64,000 nt of DNA, taken from contig CAJXPG010000002.1 of the NCBI GenBank assembly GCA_913057925.1, forward strand, positions 5,387 to 69,386, given 5' to 3'. This stretch comes from an uncultured Colwellia sp. Lineage in GTDB: Bacteria > Pseudomonadota > Gammaproteobacteria > Enterobacterales > Alteromonadaceae. The position numbers and the translations under genes are program-made. Under the pieces are notes generated by a model that was given only the letters and a program-made list of their open reading frames with translations, did no database searches and had not been told where the DNA came from. This document shows, piece by piece, positions 10,636 to 19,321 of this stretch. Within the stretch, counting starts at the first letter, position 1, and every line of letters starts with the position of its first letter.

Positions 10636-11169
10636 CTAACTATTCATTGGGTGCTGTTCAACTTGCTGTAAATGAGCAACATTAAGAATGGTGACAACTT
10701 TTTGTTCACTATTTATTAGACCATCTATAAATTGTTGACTTACACAACCGCCAAATGCTGGCGCAGGTTTAATATCAACACTTTCAACGTTCAAAACATC
10801 AGATACCGCATCGACAACGAAACCTATAGTGCGTGATTTATCATCATTCTGATAAGTTAAAACTATTACTACCGTTGTTTCTAGGTAGCTTGCTTCACCT
10901 ATTCCAAACTTTAATCGTAAGTCAACAATAGGAACTATCACACCACGCATATTAATTACACCTTTAATATAGCCAGGAGCATTAGGTATCTTAGTCGGTG
11001 TTTCCCAGCTTCTGATCTCTTCTACACATAAGATATCAACAGCATATTGTTCATCGGCAAGTAGGAATGTTAAATATTGATCGCCACTGGTTATAAAGTC
11101 TACACCTTCAATGGAGTGCTCACCTTCAACAGGAATATCTTGAGCCATTGCTTGAATATTCATATACAA
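10636..11169 (-). CDS. cheW: CheW coupling protein (first copy)
   Basis: YLTFLL, GVINMRGVIVPIVDLR, GFVVDAVSDV. Confidence 0.95.
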   Translation of the reverse strand: MYMNIQAMAQDIPVEGEHSIEGVDFITSGDQYLTFLLADEQYAVDILCVEEIRSWETPTKIPNAPGYIKGVINMRGVIVPIVDLRLKFGIGEASYLETTVVIVLTYQNDDKSRTIGFVVDAVSDVLNVESVDIKPAPAFGGCVSQQFIDGLINSEQKVVTILNVAHLQQVEQHPMNS

Positions 11170-13265
11170 ACCTCTGCTTTGACACTGTCTCCACCATTTT
11201 TAAATTTTTGAGCATACTGTGCTTTTTCAAGTGCCATACTTATCATTCCTGGAATATCTAAAATCATAGCAACAGAGCCATCGCCTAAAATCGTTGCCCC
11301 TGAAATCCCTGCAACCTGTTGATAATTATCTTTTAAGCTTTTAATGACTACTTGTTGCTGAGCAAGTAAATCATCTACCATCAAGCCAACCTTTTGCCCG
11401 TCAGCTTCAACCACAACAAGTAACGCGTTATCTATTTCAATGCATTCTGTCTCTAAATCAAACAATTGGTAGATAGGAAGTACCGGAACATTGTCGTCTC
11501 TCAATCGATACAGAACCATGTCGCCTGAAACTCGGTTTATTAATTTATTATCTATTTGAAGGGACTCTACGATAGCAATAAGCGGGATTATGTAAGTTTC
11601 ACTGCCAACTTTGACTAACTGACCATCTAGTATGGCAAGAGTTAATGGCAGGTTTACCTTAAAAGTACTTCCTTTACCCAAAGTAGATTCAACTTGGATT
11701 CTTCCACCAAGTGCTTGAATATTTCGTTTAACCACATCCATACCGACACCACGACCAGAGATATCGGTAATTTCTGCTGCGGTAGAGAAACCAGGTTCAA
11801 ATAACAAATCATAAACTTGGCTATCTGTTAAAGTTGCATTAGCGTCAATTAAACCTTTATCAACAGCTTTAGCTAGTACAGATTCACGATTAATACCTGC
11901 ACCATCATCATTTATTTCAATAACAATATTGCCACCTTGATGATATGCGTCTAGCGAAATGGTGCCCTTCTCTGGTTTCCCTTGTGCAACCCTTATATCA
12001 CTCGCTTCAATTCCATGATCCGCCGCATTACGAACTAAATGTACTAAGGGATCACCAATTTGCTCCATAACAGTTTTATCAAGCTCGGTTTGTTCTCCTT
12101 TGATAACTAGTTCCATTGCTTTGCCGGTTTTTACAGCTAAATCATGAACTAGTCGTGGAAAGCGACTAAAGGCAAAACTGATAGGTAGCATACGAATGCG
12201 CATCACACTTTCTTGTAGTTCTTTGGTATTTTGTAGTAACTGCTCTAACCCGCTATTAAGGCGCTCTACTTTTTCCATGACGAAGTCATTGCCTAACTCT
12301 GACAACATAGACTGAGTAATAACTAATTCACCCACTAAATTAATTAAGCTATCCACTTTATCTACGCCGACACGAATAGAGCCAACTTCAGTTTTCGCTT
12401 TAGTTTTGCTAACTGTTGCTTTTTCATCAGCACTTTTAGGATTAGCTGCTGCTATCTGACTTTCTTGAATTTGAGGCGTCGTTTCATCGATGGCAGGAGC
12501 TGTTGTATTTTCTTGTTGGAAGGTAGGCTCATTTTCAGTTTTTTCTTGTGGCAGCTTATTATCGATAGGAGTGAGTTCGAGTAAACACTCATCTTCAACC
12601 CACTCAAAAATTTCTTTAACCTCTTCTTCGTCAACTTCTCCAATCAACGTTAATTGCCAGCTTAAATAAAGCTCTTGTGCATCAATGTCCATTAAAGCAG
12701 GAAGTTCATTGGTATTAGCGTGAATGGTTAAGCTGCCTAACTCTGCTAAAGCACTGAATAAAAACAGCGGATCATTACCTGTTTTTGCCAGACTATGCTC
12801 CGGAACAAACTTGATATTAAAACCCGTAGCTGATTCTGAGCCTACTTTATCAACACTAACATTTTCATCAGAAGTGAGTTGTTCGTTACCTAATGTTTGC
12901 GCTAAACGGCTAGAGGTTTGAGCTACTTTTTCAGTATCATAATCCGATTCATCTCTAGCGGCTTCAATGAGCAGTCGCATACAGTCAACTGACTCAAGTA
13001 ATATTTCAGTATCAGCGTTGGTAACCTCTCTTCGACCATCTCTCATTTCATCTAGCAGGGTTTCGACTAAATGAGTAAAATCAGTAACACTGTCAAAACC
13101 AAAGGTTCCAGCCCCACCCTTGATTGAATGGGCCGCCCTAAAAATAGAGTGGATAGTTTCATTGTCGCCCGGCTGTAAATTTAATAGTCCGGACTCCATT
13201 AACTCAAGCCCTTCAAAACTTTCTTCTAAAAAGCTTGGAATAAATTGTGATAAATCAACACTCAT
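11160..13265 (-). CDS. cheA: Chemotaxis histidine kinase CheA
   Basis: Hpt FRAAHSIKGGAG, SIRVGVDKVD, HLVRNAADHGIE, SGRGVGMDVV, C-terminal CheW-like domain. Confidence 0.97.
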   Translation of the reverse strand: MSVDLSQFIPSFLEESFEGLELMESGLLNLQPGDNETIHSIFRAAHSIKGGAGTFGFDSVTDFTHLVETLLDEMRDGRREVTNADTEILLESVDCMRLLIEAARDESDYDTEKVAQTSSRLAQTLGNEQLTSDENVSVDKVGSESATGFNIKFVPEHSLAKTGNDPLFLFSALAELGSLTIHANTNELPALMDIDAQELYLSWQLTLIGEVDEEEVKEIFEWVEDECLLELTPIDNKLPQEKTENEPTFQQENTTAPAIDETTPQIQESQIAAANPKSADEKATVSKTKAKTEVGSIRVGVDKVDSLINLVGELVITQSMLSELGNDFVMEKVERLNSGLEQLLQNTKELQESVMRIRMLPISFAFSRFPRLVHDLAVKTGKAMELVIKGEQTELDKTVMEQIGDPLVHLVRNAADHGIEASDIRVAQGKPEKGTISLDAYHQGGNIVIEINDDGAGINRESVLAKAVDKGLIDANATLTDSQVYDLLFEPGFSTAAEITDISGRGVGMDVVKRNIQALGGRIQVESTLGKGSTFKVNLPLTLAILDGQLVKVGSETYIIPLIAIVESLQIDNKLINRVSGDMVLYRLRDDNVPVLPIYQLFDLETECIEIDNALLVVVEADGQKVGLMVDDLLAQQQVVIKSLKDNYQQVAGISGATILGDGSVAMILDIPGMISMALEKAQYAQKFKNGGDSVKAEVCI

Positions 13266-13388
13266 AACTGATCACCTACTTTTCCTTGTTAAAACCGGGG
13301 ACGTTATCACAACAAAGCACTTTTAGAATAAGTGCTTTAGACAAGTATATTGCTTATGTTTTCAGATAATTATATTAAGAACAGTAAA

Positions 13389-13751
13389 TTATTTTACTAC
13401 GCGTTTTATCGTTGCCAAGAGCTTCTCGGGATTAAACGGCTTAACCAACCAACCTGTAGCGCCAGCAGCCTTGCCTCGCATTTTCATATCGGTTGAACTC
13501 TCAGTCGTTAACATTAATATAGGAGTGAATTTAAAAGCAGCTAACTTTCTCAGCTCGGTACATAGGCTGATACCATCCATATTTGGCATGTTTACATCTG
13601 ATATCACTAAATCGAATCCATCCATTTGCGCTTTGGACAAACCTTCTCGACCATCCTTTGCCTCAACAGTCTGGTAACCTGCACTTTTTAGGGTAAAACT
13701 TACCATGTCCCTTATTGAGTTTGAGTCATCAACAACTAACACTTTAGTCAT
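13389..13751 (-). CDS. cheY: CheY-like single-domain response regulator
   Basis: 120 aa REC: VVDD, SDVNMP, MLTTE, VKPF; directly upstream of cheA. Confidence 0.92.
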   Translation of the reverse strand: MTKVLVVDDSNSIRDMVSFTLKSAGYQTVEAKDGREGLSKAQMDGFDLVISDVNMPNMDGISLCTELRKLAAFKFTPILMLTTESSTDMKMRGKAAGATGWLVKPFNPEKLLATIKRVVK

Positions 13752-13816
13752 ACTGGTTTCCTCGTCTTTAATTCACAGTCTTCGCGTAAAAGTTATTATT
13801 TTAATTTACTGAAGTA

Positions 13817-14092
13817 TCAATCCATTAAGTATTGCAATAAAATCACATCGCTAATGCCTAACTGCTGAATACTTTCCTTTAAAACGGTGGATTTTGATTG
13901 CCACTTAATATCTTTACCTTGGGCAATAATGTAGGTGACCACGGCTAAGATAAATTGCACACCAATGGTATCAATGCGAACTAAATCACCATCGTCGATA
14001 GTAATAATATCGTGGTCATCAATTAGTGGGAGAATTTGTGCTTGATATTCGTCAACTTGAGCAATAGTTAAATCGCTGGGGAACTTGATCAT
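13817..14092 (-). CDS. Small STAS-domain protein (VCA1097-like position)
   Basis: 91 aa; LTI..., IDTIGVQFI STAS-like motif; first gene of che cluster. Confidence 0.8.
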   Translation of the reverse strand: MIKFPSDLTIAQVDEYQAQILPLIDDHDIITIDDGDLVRIDTIGVQFILAVVTYIIAQGKDIKWQSKSTVLKESIQQLGISDVILLQYLMD

Positions 14093-14274
14093 TTTTTAAA
14101 TTATTTCCATATTTTTTATTATTTTGCCTTGTGCAATTAAGCATATGCCAGATTTAATGGATTGCAAGAAAGTTAAAATAAAAAATACTGAAAGTAATAA
14201 GTCATTGATTTAAATATAAAACCAAAAACAGCTTAGTAATTTAAATCATTGAATTATATGAATTTATTAGGGAG

Positions 14275-14322
14275 AAAAAAAACTGTAGAGTGCAAGGAAT
14301 GAAGCTTTTCCTTACACTTTTT
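14275..14322. terminator. Hairpin separating nor-accessory and che clusters
   Basis: AGTGCAAGGAA (14289-14299) and TTCCTTACACT (14308-14318) inverted repeat, flanked by A and T runs. Confidence 0.55.
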
Positions 14323-14371
14323 AGACAGTTACCAATAATTATTACTTAATGGTAAGGAGAATGAAGTCGGT

Positions 14372-14572
14372 TTAACGTGGTAAATAAAACACCATAATTA
14401 AGCAAAATAAAGCGATTAACCAAAAAGCTTTAACAAAAAATTTAACTTTCAAATTTCGATCATTGGGGTGTTTTTCTGGTAAATCCATTCCGCAATGTTT
14501 GCACTGTTGGATATCTCCATCACTGATATTTTCAGTTTGACAATATAAACATGTCTTCTTAATTTGGCTCAT
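14372..14572 (-). CDS. Small CxxC...CxxC zinc-ribbon membrane protein, DnrP-like (66 aa)
   Basis: CLYC...CKHC, C-terminal TM ending YLPR; GAGG upstream of ATG 14572 (ORF track start 14593); follows norD as PA0526 does in P. aeruginosa. Confidence 0.65.
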   Translation of the reverse strand: MSQIKKTCLYCQTENISDGDIQQCKHCGMDLPEKHPNDRNLKVKFFVKAFWLIALFCLIMVFYLPR

Positions 14573-14602
14573 TATTGACCTCTCTAAAATCAATATCTTT
14601 TA

Positions 14603-16456
14603 TTATTGGGATGTTAATTGATGATATAACTGAGGAAGTCTCATCGGCAATTGATCTGGTCGCAATATTTGGGTAAAGCCATCATTACCAAACAAGTATG
14701 GCAAGTAATCTTGTGCATCAACATCTATTGTTATGCAAAAGGGTTTTATACCAAGACGTTTTGCCTCATTAATGGCCTGATGAGTGTCTTCAATGCCAAA
14801 GCGGCCTTCATAGTGATCAATATCGTTAGGCTTGCCATCAGTTAAGATAAGCAGAAGTTTATCCGCTGTTTTCTGTTCACTAATAACTTTAGTAGCTTGA
14901 CGAATTGCCGCCCCCATTCTGGTGTAAAAGCCAGGCGTTATCGCTTGAATTCTGCCTCTGACATGATCATTATAATTTTCATTGAAATTTTTCAGCATGG
15001 TGAAGCGAATATTGCTGCGCTTAACCGATGAAAAACCATACATAGCAAAGTTATCACCAACAGACTGCAACGCTTCGCCAAATAACAGCAAACTGTTTTG
15101 TACGACGTCAATAACGCGATTATCATTATCTATGTGAGAATCTGTCGACATTGACAGATCCGCTAATAGCAAACATGACAGATCGCGGTTATTACCTCGG
15201 TATGACTGAAATAAGCCTTTTTCTGCCGTCGCAGCAGTTTTACTTTCTATATGATAATCAAGCCAAGCATTGAGATCTAATTCTTCACCTTGCGGTTGAG
15301 CTTTAAGCCAATATCGAACACTTCGCAATTGTTCAAATTGCGCTTGGATCATTCTTGCAGTTTTTTGTAGCTTTACTGGCAATTTTGCCGGCACTGCATC
15401 ACGAGGTAACATCGGCTGCAACAAGCAGCGATCATCTTGTAATGTTTGGCTTTTATAATCCCACTCAGGCAGTTTGATACCTTCACCGAGTGGAATATCA
15501 TCTTCAGAAGCTGACGGTAAGTCCAAATCAATTTTTATCTGTCCGCTTTTTTGTTGCTCTTGTTGCTTGGTTAACGTGATCTTGTCTAGATCATCAATAG
15601 TGCTTTGATAATCTTCTTCATCCTCATCACTATCATCAGTGCCTCGGTCCATTTTGGAAAATTCACTCCATGAGAACAAACTTTCTAATCTAAATATCAT
15701 CATGCCGCTTCTGCCGTCGGGTGAATCGACCCGCTCTGCTTTTTTACGAGCAGAATTAGCTTTTTTAGTTATCTTCTTCTCATTGTCTTGTCCATTTTCT
15801 TCTAACAGTTTATCTTCATCAAATTCAGCGCCAAGCACATCGTCACTGCTTGCCGAAGGGTAAAGCCACAAATATACCGCTTTTGGGGCAAAATTTACTT
15901 TGGGAAATTCATTGACTGAGCCCGGTGTTAGAATTGCTTGCCTAATAGCGCGTTCCATTGAGCGCTCTGCCTGAGGCATTTTATCCATGGATGCCCTCAT
16001 CTCAACAAAAGCCTTTGCTAAGCGACGATATCGATTTTGTAATGCAGGAAATTTTTCCAAGACTTCAACCACTAGCGCTTGATTATCCTTTGCCCAATGG
16101 CGAAAGCTACCACTGTGGTGTGCAGCGAGTACTGCCAGCCAAATGTAAAGGTCGTAATTGAGGTTTGTTTCATTAAAAACTGCTAGAGACTCTGGTAATC
16201 GCAGGCTTTCTTCATCTTGCCAAGCAAGACTCACTAACTGATTGTCTCCTGAAACTTTTTGTAAAAAGCTTTTACGTGTAAGATATTCTCTGCCAGTTGC
16301 GGATTCGACACGCTTTACCGCATCGCCACCTAACGCTCTAAACACCATAGCTACAGATTTACTTACCTGATCAAAATTAACGCGAGCTTCATCAAATTCA
16401 GGATTTGCTTTGCGAGTTATATATTTGTGCCAAAGTCCACCAACCCACTCTTCCAT
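14603..16456 (-). CDS. norD: Nitric oxide reductase activation protein NorD (VWA domain)
   Basis: MEEWVG start, YPEWDY-like LPEWDY, MIDAS DLSMS, GFYTRMGAAIR, LTDGKPND. Confidence 0.92.
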   Translation of the reverse strand: MEEWVGGLWHKYITRKANPEFDEARVNFDQVSKSVAMVFRALGGDAVKRVESATGREYLTRKSFLQKVSGDNQLVSLAWQDEESLRLPESLAVFNETNLNYDLYIWLAVLAAHHSGSFRHWAKDNQALVVEVLEKFPALQNRYRRLAKAFVEMRASMDKMPQAERSMERAIRQAILTPGSVNEFPKVNFAPKAVYLWLYPSASSDDVLGAEFDEDKLLEENGQDNEKKITKKANSARKKAERVDSPDGRSGMMIFRLESLFSWSEFSKMDRGTDDSDEDEEDYQSTIDDLDKITLTKQQEQQKSGQIKIDLDLPSASEDDIPLGEGIKLPEWDYKSQTLQDDRCLLQPMLPRDAVPAKLPVKLQKTARMIQAQFEQLRSVRYWLKAQPQGEELDLNAWLDYHIESKTAATAEKGLFQSYRGNNRDLSCLLLADLSMSTDSHIDNDNRVIDVVQNSLLLFGEALQSVGDNFAMYGFSSVKRSNIRFTMLKNFNENYNDHVRGRIQAITPGFYTRMGAAIRQATKVISEQKTADKLLLILTDGKPNDIDHYEGRFGIEDTHQAINEAKRLGIKPFCITIDVDAQDYLPYLFGNDGFTQILRPDQLPMRLPQLYHQLTSQ

Positions 16457-16519
16457 AACAATATTACATTCGTCTAAATTAATAATGATATGATTGTATC
16501 AATAAAAATTAACCATGCT

Positions 16520-16533
16520 GTGATTTGGGTCAA
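16520..16533 (-). promoter_or_regulatory. FNR/DNR-type box upstream of norD
   Basis: Minus strand TTGAC-CCAA-ATCAC; TACAAT -10 at 16498-16493 gives class II (about -41.5) geometry. Confidence 0.6.
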
Positions 16534-16540
16534 CAGAAGT

Positions 16541-16969
16541 TTACTTTGGCTTAGCAAAATTCAATATTGCTTCACTGGCAAACCTTCTTTTACATTCATT
16601 GACAGACTTTTTAACGAGAACACGGCGAAATGACTCATCTAAATTCAACCATTTATTTTTCATTTCGGGATGTGTACCAAGCTCTTCAAAAGAATCTATA
16701 AGCAACTGCTTTCTAACATCAAAAAGCGCTTCAGGTATAAACATGTGATTGTGGGCAATGGGGGGCGCTTTTCCAATATATAGATTTTCACCGCCAAGCA
16801 CTTTTTGCATAAAGTCTACTTGTTGATCTTCGATATGCTGTTGAGGAATGTCTAAAAAATAAAGCTTTAACCATGGATGTTTATAGACTTTATCGTAAAA
16901 AACTTTGTTGATGGCAATAAGACTTTCACGACCGCCGATACGGTTAAACTCATCGAGTTTATTCATCAA
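16541..16969 (-). CDS. Group I (N-type) truncated hemoglobin
   Basis: IGG, FY (B9-B10), F (CD1), QQVDF (Gln E11), LGG...Y EF loop, His F8 in IAHNHM. Confidence 0.88.
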   Translation of the reverse strand: MMNKLDEFNRIGGRESLIAINKVFYDKVYKHPWLKLYFLDIPQQHIEDQQVDFMQKVLGGENLYIGKAPPIAHNHMFIPEALFDVRKQLLIDSFEELGTHPEMKNKWLNLDESFRRVLVKKSVNECKRRFASEAILNFAKPK

Positions 16970-17036
16970 TCACATTTACCCTAAGGTTACTTATCTTCTG
17001 TGTTAAATAAACTATAGAGTAAAATGTAGAAAGTTA

Positions 17037-17477
17037 TTAAAAAATAGGCAGTTTTTTTGCCATTGCTCGAGATAAATTGAACATGCCAATCAGAACAAAC
17101 CCTGCATGTAGCGTAACAAAGTAAATCAAACCGACCATAATCGATACTTGTTGTTGCTCCGATAAATAGATAACAGCAAGCGGTACAATAGCCAGCAATA
17201 CCCCCGCTAGTATCGACAACTGAACACTTCGAATTAGGTGAATCTTACCAATACCCAAATTTTTCAGTTTCACTTTATTTTCACCCTGTGGGGATTGGAT
17301 ACTTTGAGTACTATTTTCAGAACTGTTTTGAGTACTATTTTTTTGCTGATTAAGTTGACGTAAGTAATAAACTAATACCAAGAAAAATACTCCCGGTAGC
17401 AATAGCAAGTTGGCAAGGTAAAGCGATTGACAAATAATGGCAAACCTTCCACTTGCGCTAGGACTTCTATTAATCAT
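17037..17477 (-). CDS. Uncharacterised membrane protein (about 3 TM) within nor-accessory cluster
   Basis: LYLANLLLLPG N-terminal helix and two further hydrophobic helices; co-oriented between norF-like gene and trHb. Confidence 0.6.
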   Translation of the reverse strand: MINRSPSASGRFAIICQSLYLANLLLLPGVFFLVLVYYLRQLNQQKNSTQNSSENSTQSIQSPQGENKVKLKNLGIGKIHLIRSVQLSILAGVLLAIVPLAVIYLSEQQQVSIMVGLIYFVTLHAGFVLIGMFNLSRAMAKKLPIF

Positions 17478-17536
17478 TTGTATCTCCTTGTCTTTAGATT
17501 GCTCACTTTACTTAGTTACTTAATGCCTATTGCTTA

Positions 17537-17791
17537 TTAATTTAGATAAATCACACTAATAATTAACGGTAACATTACGATATAACTTAATAATAGCAAA
17601 CGCCAAAACCTTGGTGCTGACTTCAATTCCATAAACACATCAACAATTTGCTGTCCTTTGATTACAACAATAATTAATGCACAAATTATATAAGCACTTC
17701 TCTCACTGATAATGATTGGGAAATACATTGTGACAAGTGTTAACACAACCAGCACTAGCCAACTAGTTGTTGCTAAACGAAAAGCTAGCAT
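17537..17791 (-). CDS. Cytochrome c oxidase subunit IV-like small membrane protein (NorF/NirP-like)
   Basis: 84 aa, 3 hydrophobic segments, IKGQQIVDVFMELKSAP motif; follows norE. Confidence 0.75.
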   Translation of the reverse strand: MLAFRLATTSWLVLVVLTLVTMYFPIIISERSAYIICALIIVVIKGQQIVDVFMELKSAPRFWRLLLLSYIVMLPLIISVIYLN

Positions 17792-17846
17792 TATTTTGCC
17801 CTCCTAATACATTGAGATAAATGTCATCAACTTAAACAACATGAAT

Positions 17847-18431
17847 TTAAATGACATAGATAAGTGGAAACAAAATAATCCATAGCAAGTCAACCATATG
17901 CCAGTAACTTGCTCCCGCTTCAAAACCAGAGAGTGATTTCCCCTGATATTTACCCTGCCACGCTGCTTTTGCGATAAAGGTTAAAATCACCATACCCAGT
18001 AATACATGCATTAAATGAAAAGCGGTTATCAAAAAATATAAAGTAAAAAAGGTATTAGTTTCTATGGTAATACCTTGTTCAAATAATGAAAAATATTCCC
18101 AAATTTTCACCGAAATATAGATTAATGCGAAGCCTTTAGCCCCGAGTAATAGCAAAGCAGCTTTATTAGCGGCTTGTTTGTGTATTGCTGCCAGTGATAA
18201 CGAGACAAAATAGCTGCTTGTTATTAGCGCTATTGTATTGATAAGCCCTGATAGTTGATGAAGCTGTGCTTTACCCTGAGAAAACATTTCAAGGTTTTGC
18301 TGTTCACTGATTGCAAAACCAATAAAGAAAATGGCAAAAACCGTTAATTCAGCCAAAATAAAAAACCACATGGCTAAATCCCCAGGTAGTTTTTTATTAC
18401 AATGCTCTAATGTTATTGATGAACTGGACAT
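17847..18431 (-). CDS. norE: Cytochrome c oxidase subunit III-like protein NorE/NirO
   Basis: PGDLAMWFFILAE, NTIALITSS, FHLMHV, YWHMVDLLW; directly after norQ. Confidence 0.85.
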   Translation of the reverse strand: MSSSSITLEHCNKKLPGDLAMWFFILAELTVFAIFFIGFAISEQQNLEMFSQGKAQLHQLSGLINTIALITSSYFVSLSLAAIHKQAANKAALLLLGAKGFALIYISVKIWEYFSLFEQGITIETNTFFTLYFLITAFHLMHVLLGMVILTFIAKAAWQGKYQGKSLSGFEAGASYWHMVDLLWIILFPLIYVI

Positions 18432-18444
18432 TAGCCGCTAAGCG

Positions 18445-19227
18445 TTAGTCAAAATAAATCTTGGCAACATCCATCAACGCTTTTACGGTTTGTGGATCAT
18501 CAGATAAAGGCTCTGCTAAACAGCAACGACACACTTCTAATGGTTCCATACCTGAAGTGATCATTCTGGCTGCGTAAATCAGCAAACGCGTAGAAGCAAC
18601 CTCATCTAAATCGTTTTGCTCTAAACGACGTAAAGCACCAGCAAGCTCAACCAATTTAAAAGCTAGATGTGGCTCGGCGTTGGCTTCTTTAATTAAAATT
18701 TGTTGTTCAAGCTCTGCATCTGGGTATTCAAAACGTAATGCAACAAAACGTTGTCTAGTACTCGCTTTCATACCCTTTAATAAATTTTGATAACCTGGGT
18801 TATAAGAGACCACCAACATAAAGCCAGGGGCTGCTTCAAGTAATTCACCGGTGCGCTCTAGAGGTAATATGCGTCGATCATCTGCAAGAGGATGTAACAC
18901 AACAGTGGTATCTTTTCTCGCTTCAACAACTTCATCTAAATAACAAATTCCTCCTTCACGAACTGCTCGGGTTAAAGGACCGTCTTGCCAATAAGTACCG
19001 TCAGGTCCAATTAGGTGACGACCTACTAAATCGGCAGCCGTTAAATCATCATGACAAGCAACCGTATAAAGTGGCTTGTTAAGTTGCTCAGCCATATGAG
19101 CAACAAAACGTGTTTTACCACAACCCGTTGGCCCTTTAATCAAAACAGGTAACTGATGTTCAAAGGCATAATTAAATAACGAAACTTCATTCTTTTGTTC
19201 TTGGTAAAATAGCTTGTCGGTTGTCAT
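18445..19227 (-). CDS. norQ: CbbQ/NirQ/NorQ MoxR-type AAA+ ATPase
   Basis: GPTGCGKT, VACHDDLTAADLVGR, YLDEVVEARKDTTVVLHPLADDRR, STRLL. Confidence 0.93.
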   Translation of the reverse strand: MTTDKLFYQEQKNEVSLFNYAFEHQLPVLIKGPTGCGKTRFVAHMAEQLNKPLYTVACHDDLTAADLVGRHLIGPDGTYWQDGPLTRAVREGGICYLDEVVEARKDTTVVLHPLADDRRILPLERTGELLEAAPGFMLVVSYNPGYQNLLKGMKASTRQRFVALRFEYPDAELEQQILIKEANAEPHLAFKLVELAGALRRLEQNDLDEVASTRLLIYAARMITSGMEPLEVCRCCLAEPLSDDPQTVKALMDVAKIYFD

Positions 19228-19307
19228 TATAAATATTCTGTGATTATTAAACTTGCAGCTAAAATACCCTGCCCCTAAGGAAAGTACAATTGCACTGAGC
19301 TGGTTCG

Positions 19308-19321
19308 TTGATGAAGATCAA
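19308..19321 (-). promoter_or_regulatory. Perfect FNR/DNR/ANR box upstream of norQ
   Basis: TTGAT-GAAG-ATCAA; candidate -10 TACTTT (19286-19281, minus strand) at class II spacing. Confidence 0.85.

Noticed and set aside
14131-14152. Possible sigma-54 promoter upstream of the che cluster (minus strand TGGCATATGCTTAATTGCA)
   Set aside because: GG-to-GC spacing is 3 bp longer than the strict -24/-12 requirement.
14206-14219. FNR half-site (TTGATTTAAATATA) upstream of the che cluster
   Set aside because: One half has two mismatches, the DNA is very AT-rich, and no convincing -10 lies at class II spacing; not used as evidence for che co-regulation.
16487-16502. TTGATACAATCAT (minus strand) as an additional FNR box
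   Set aside because: Only a 3-bp spacer; better explained as the -10 region of the promoter noted at 16520-16533.
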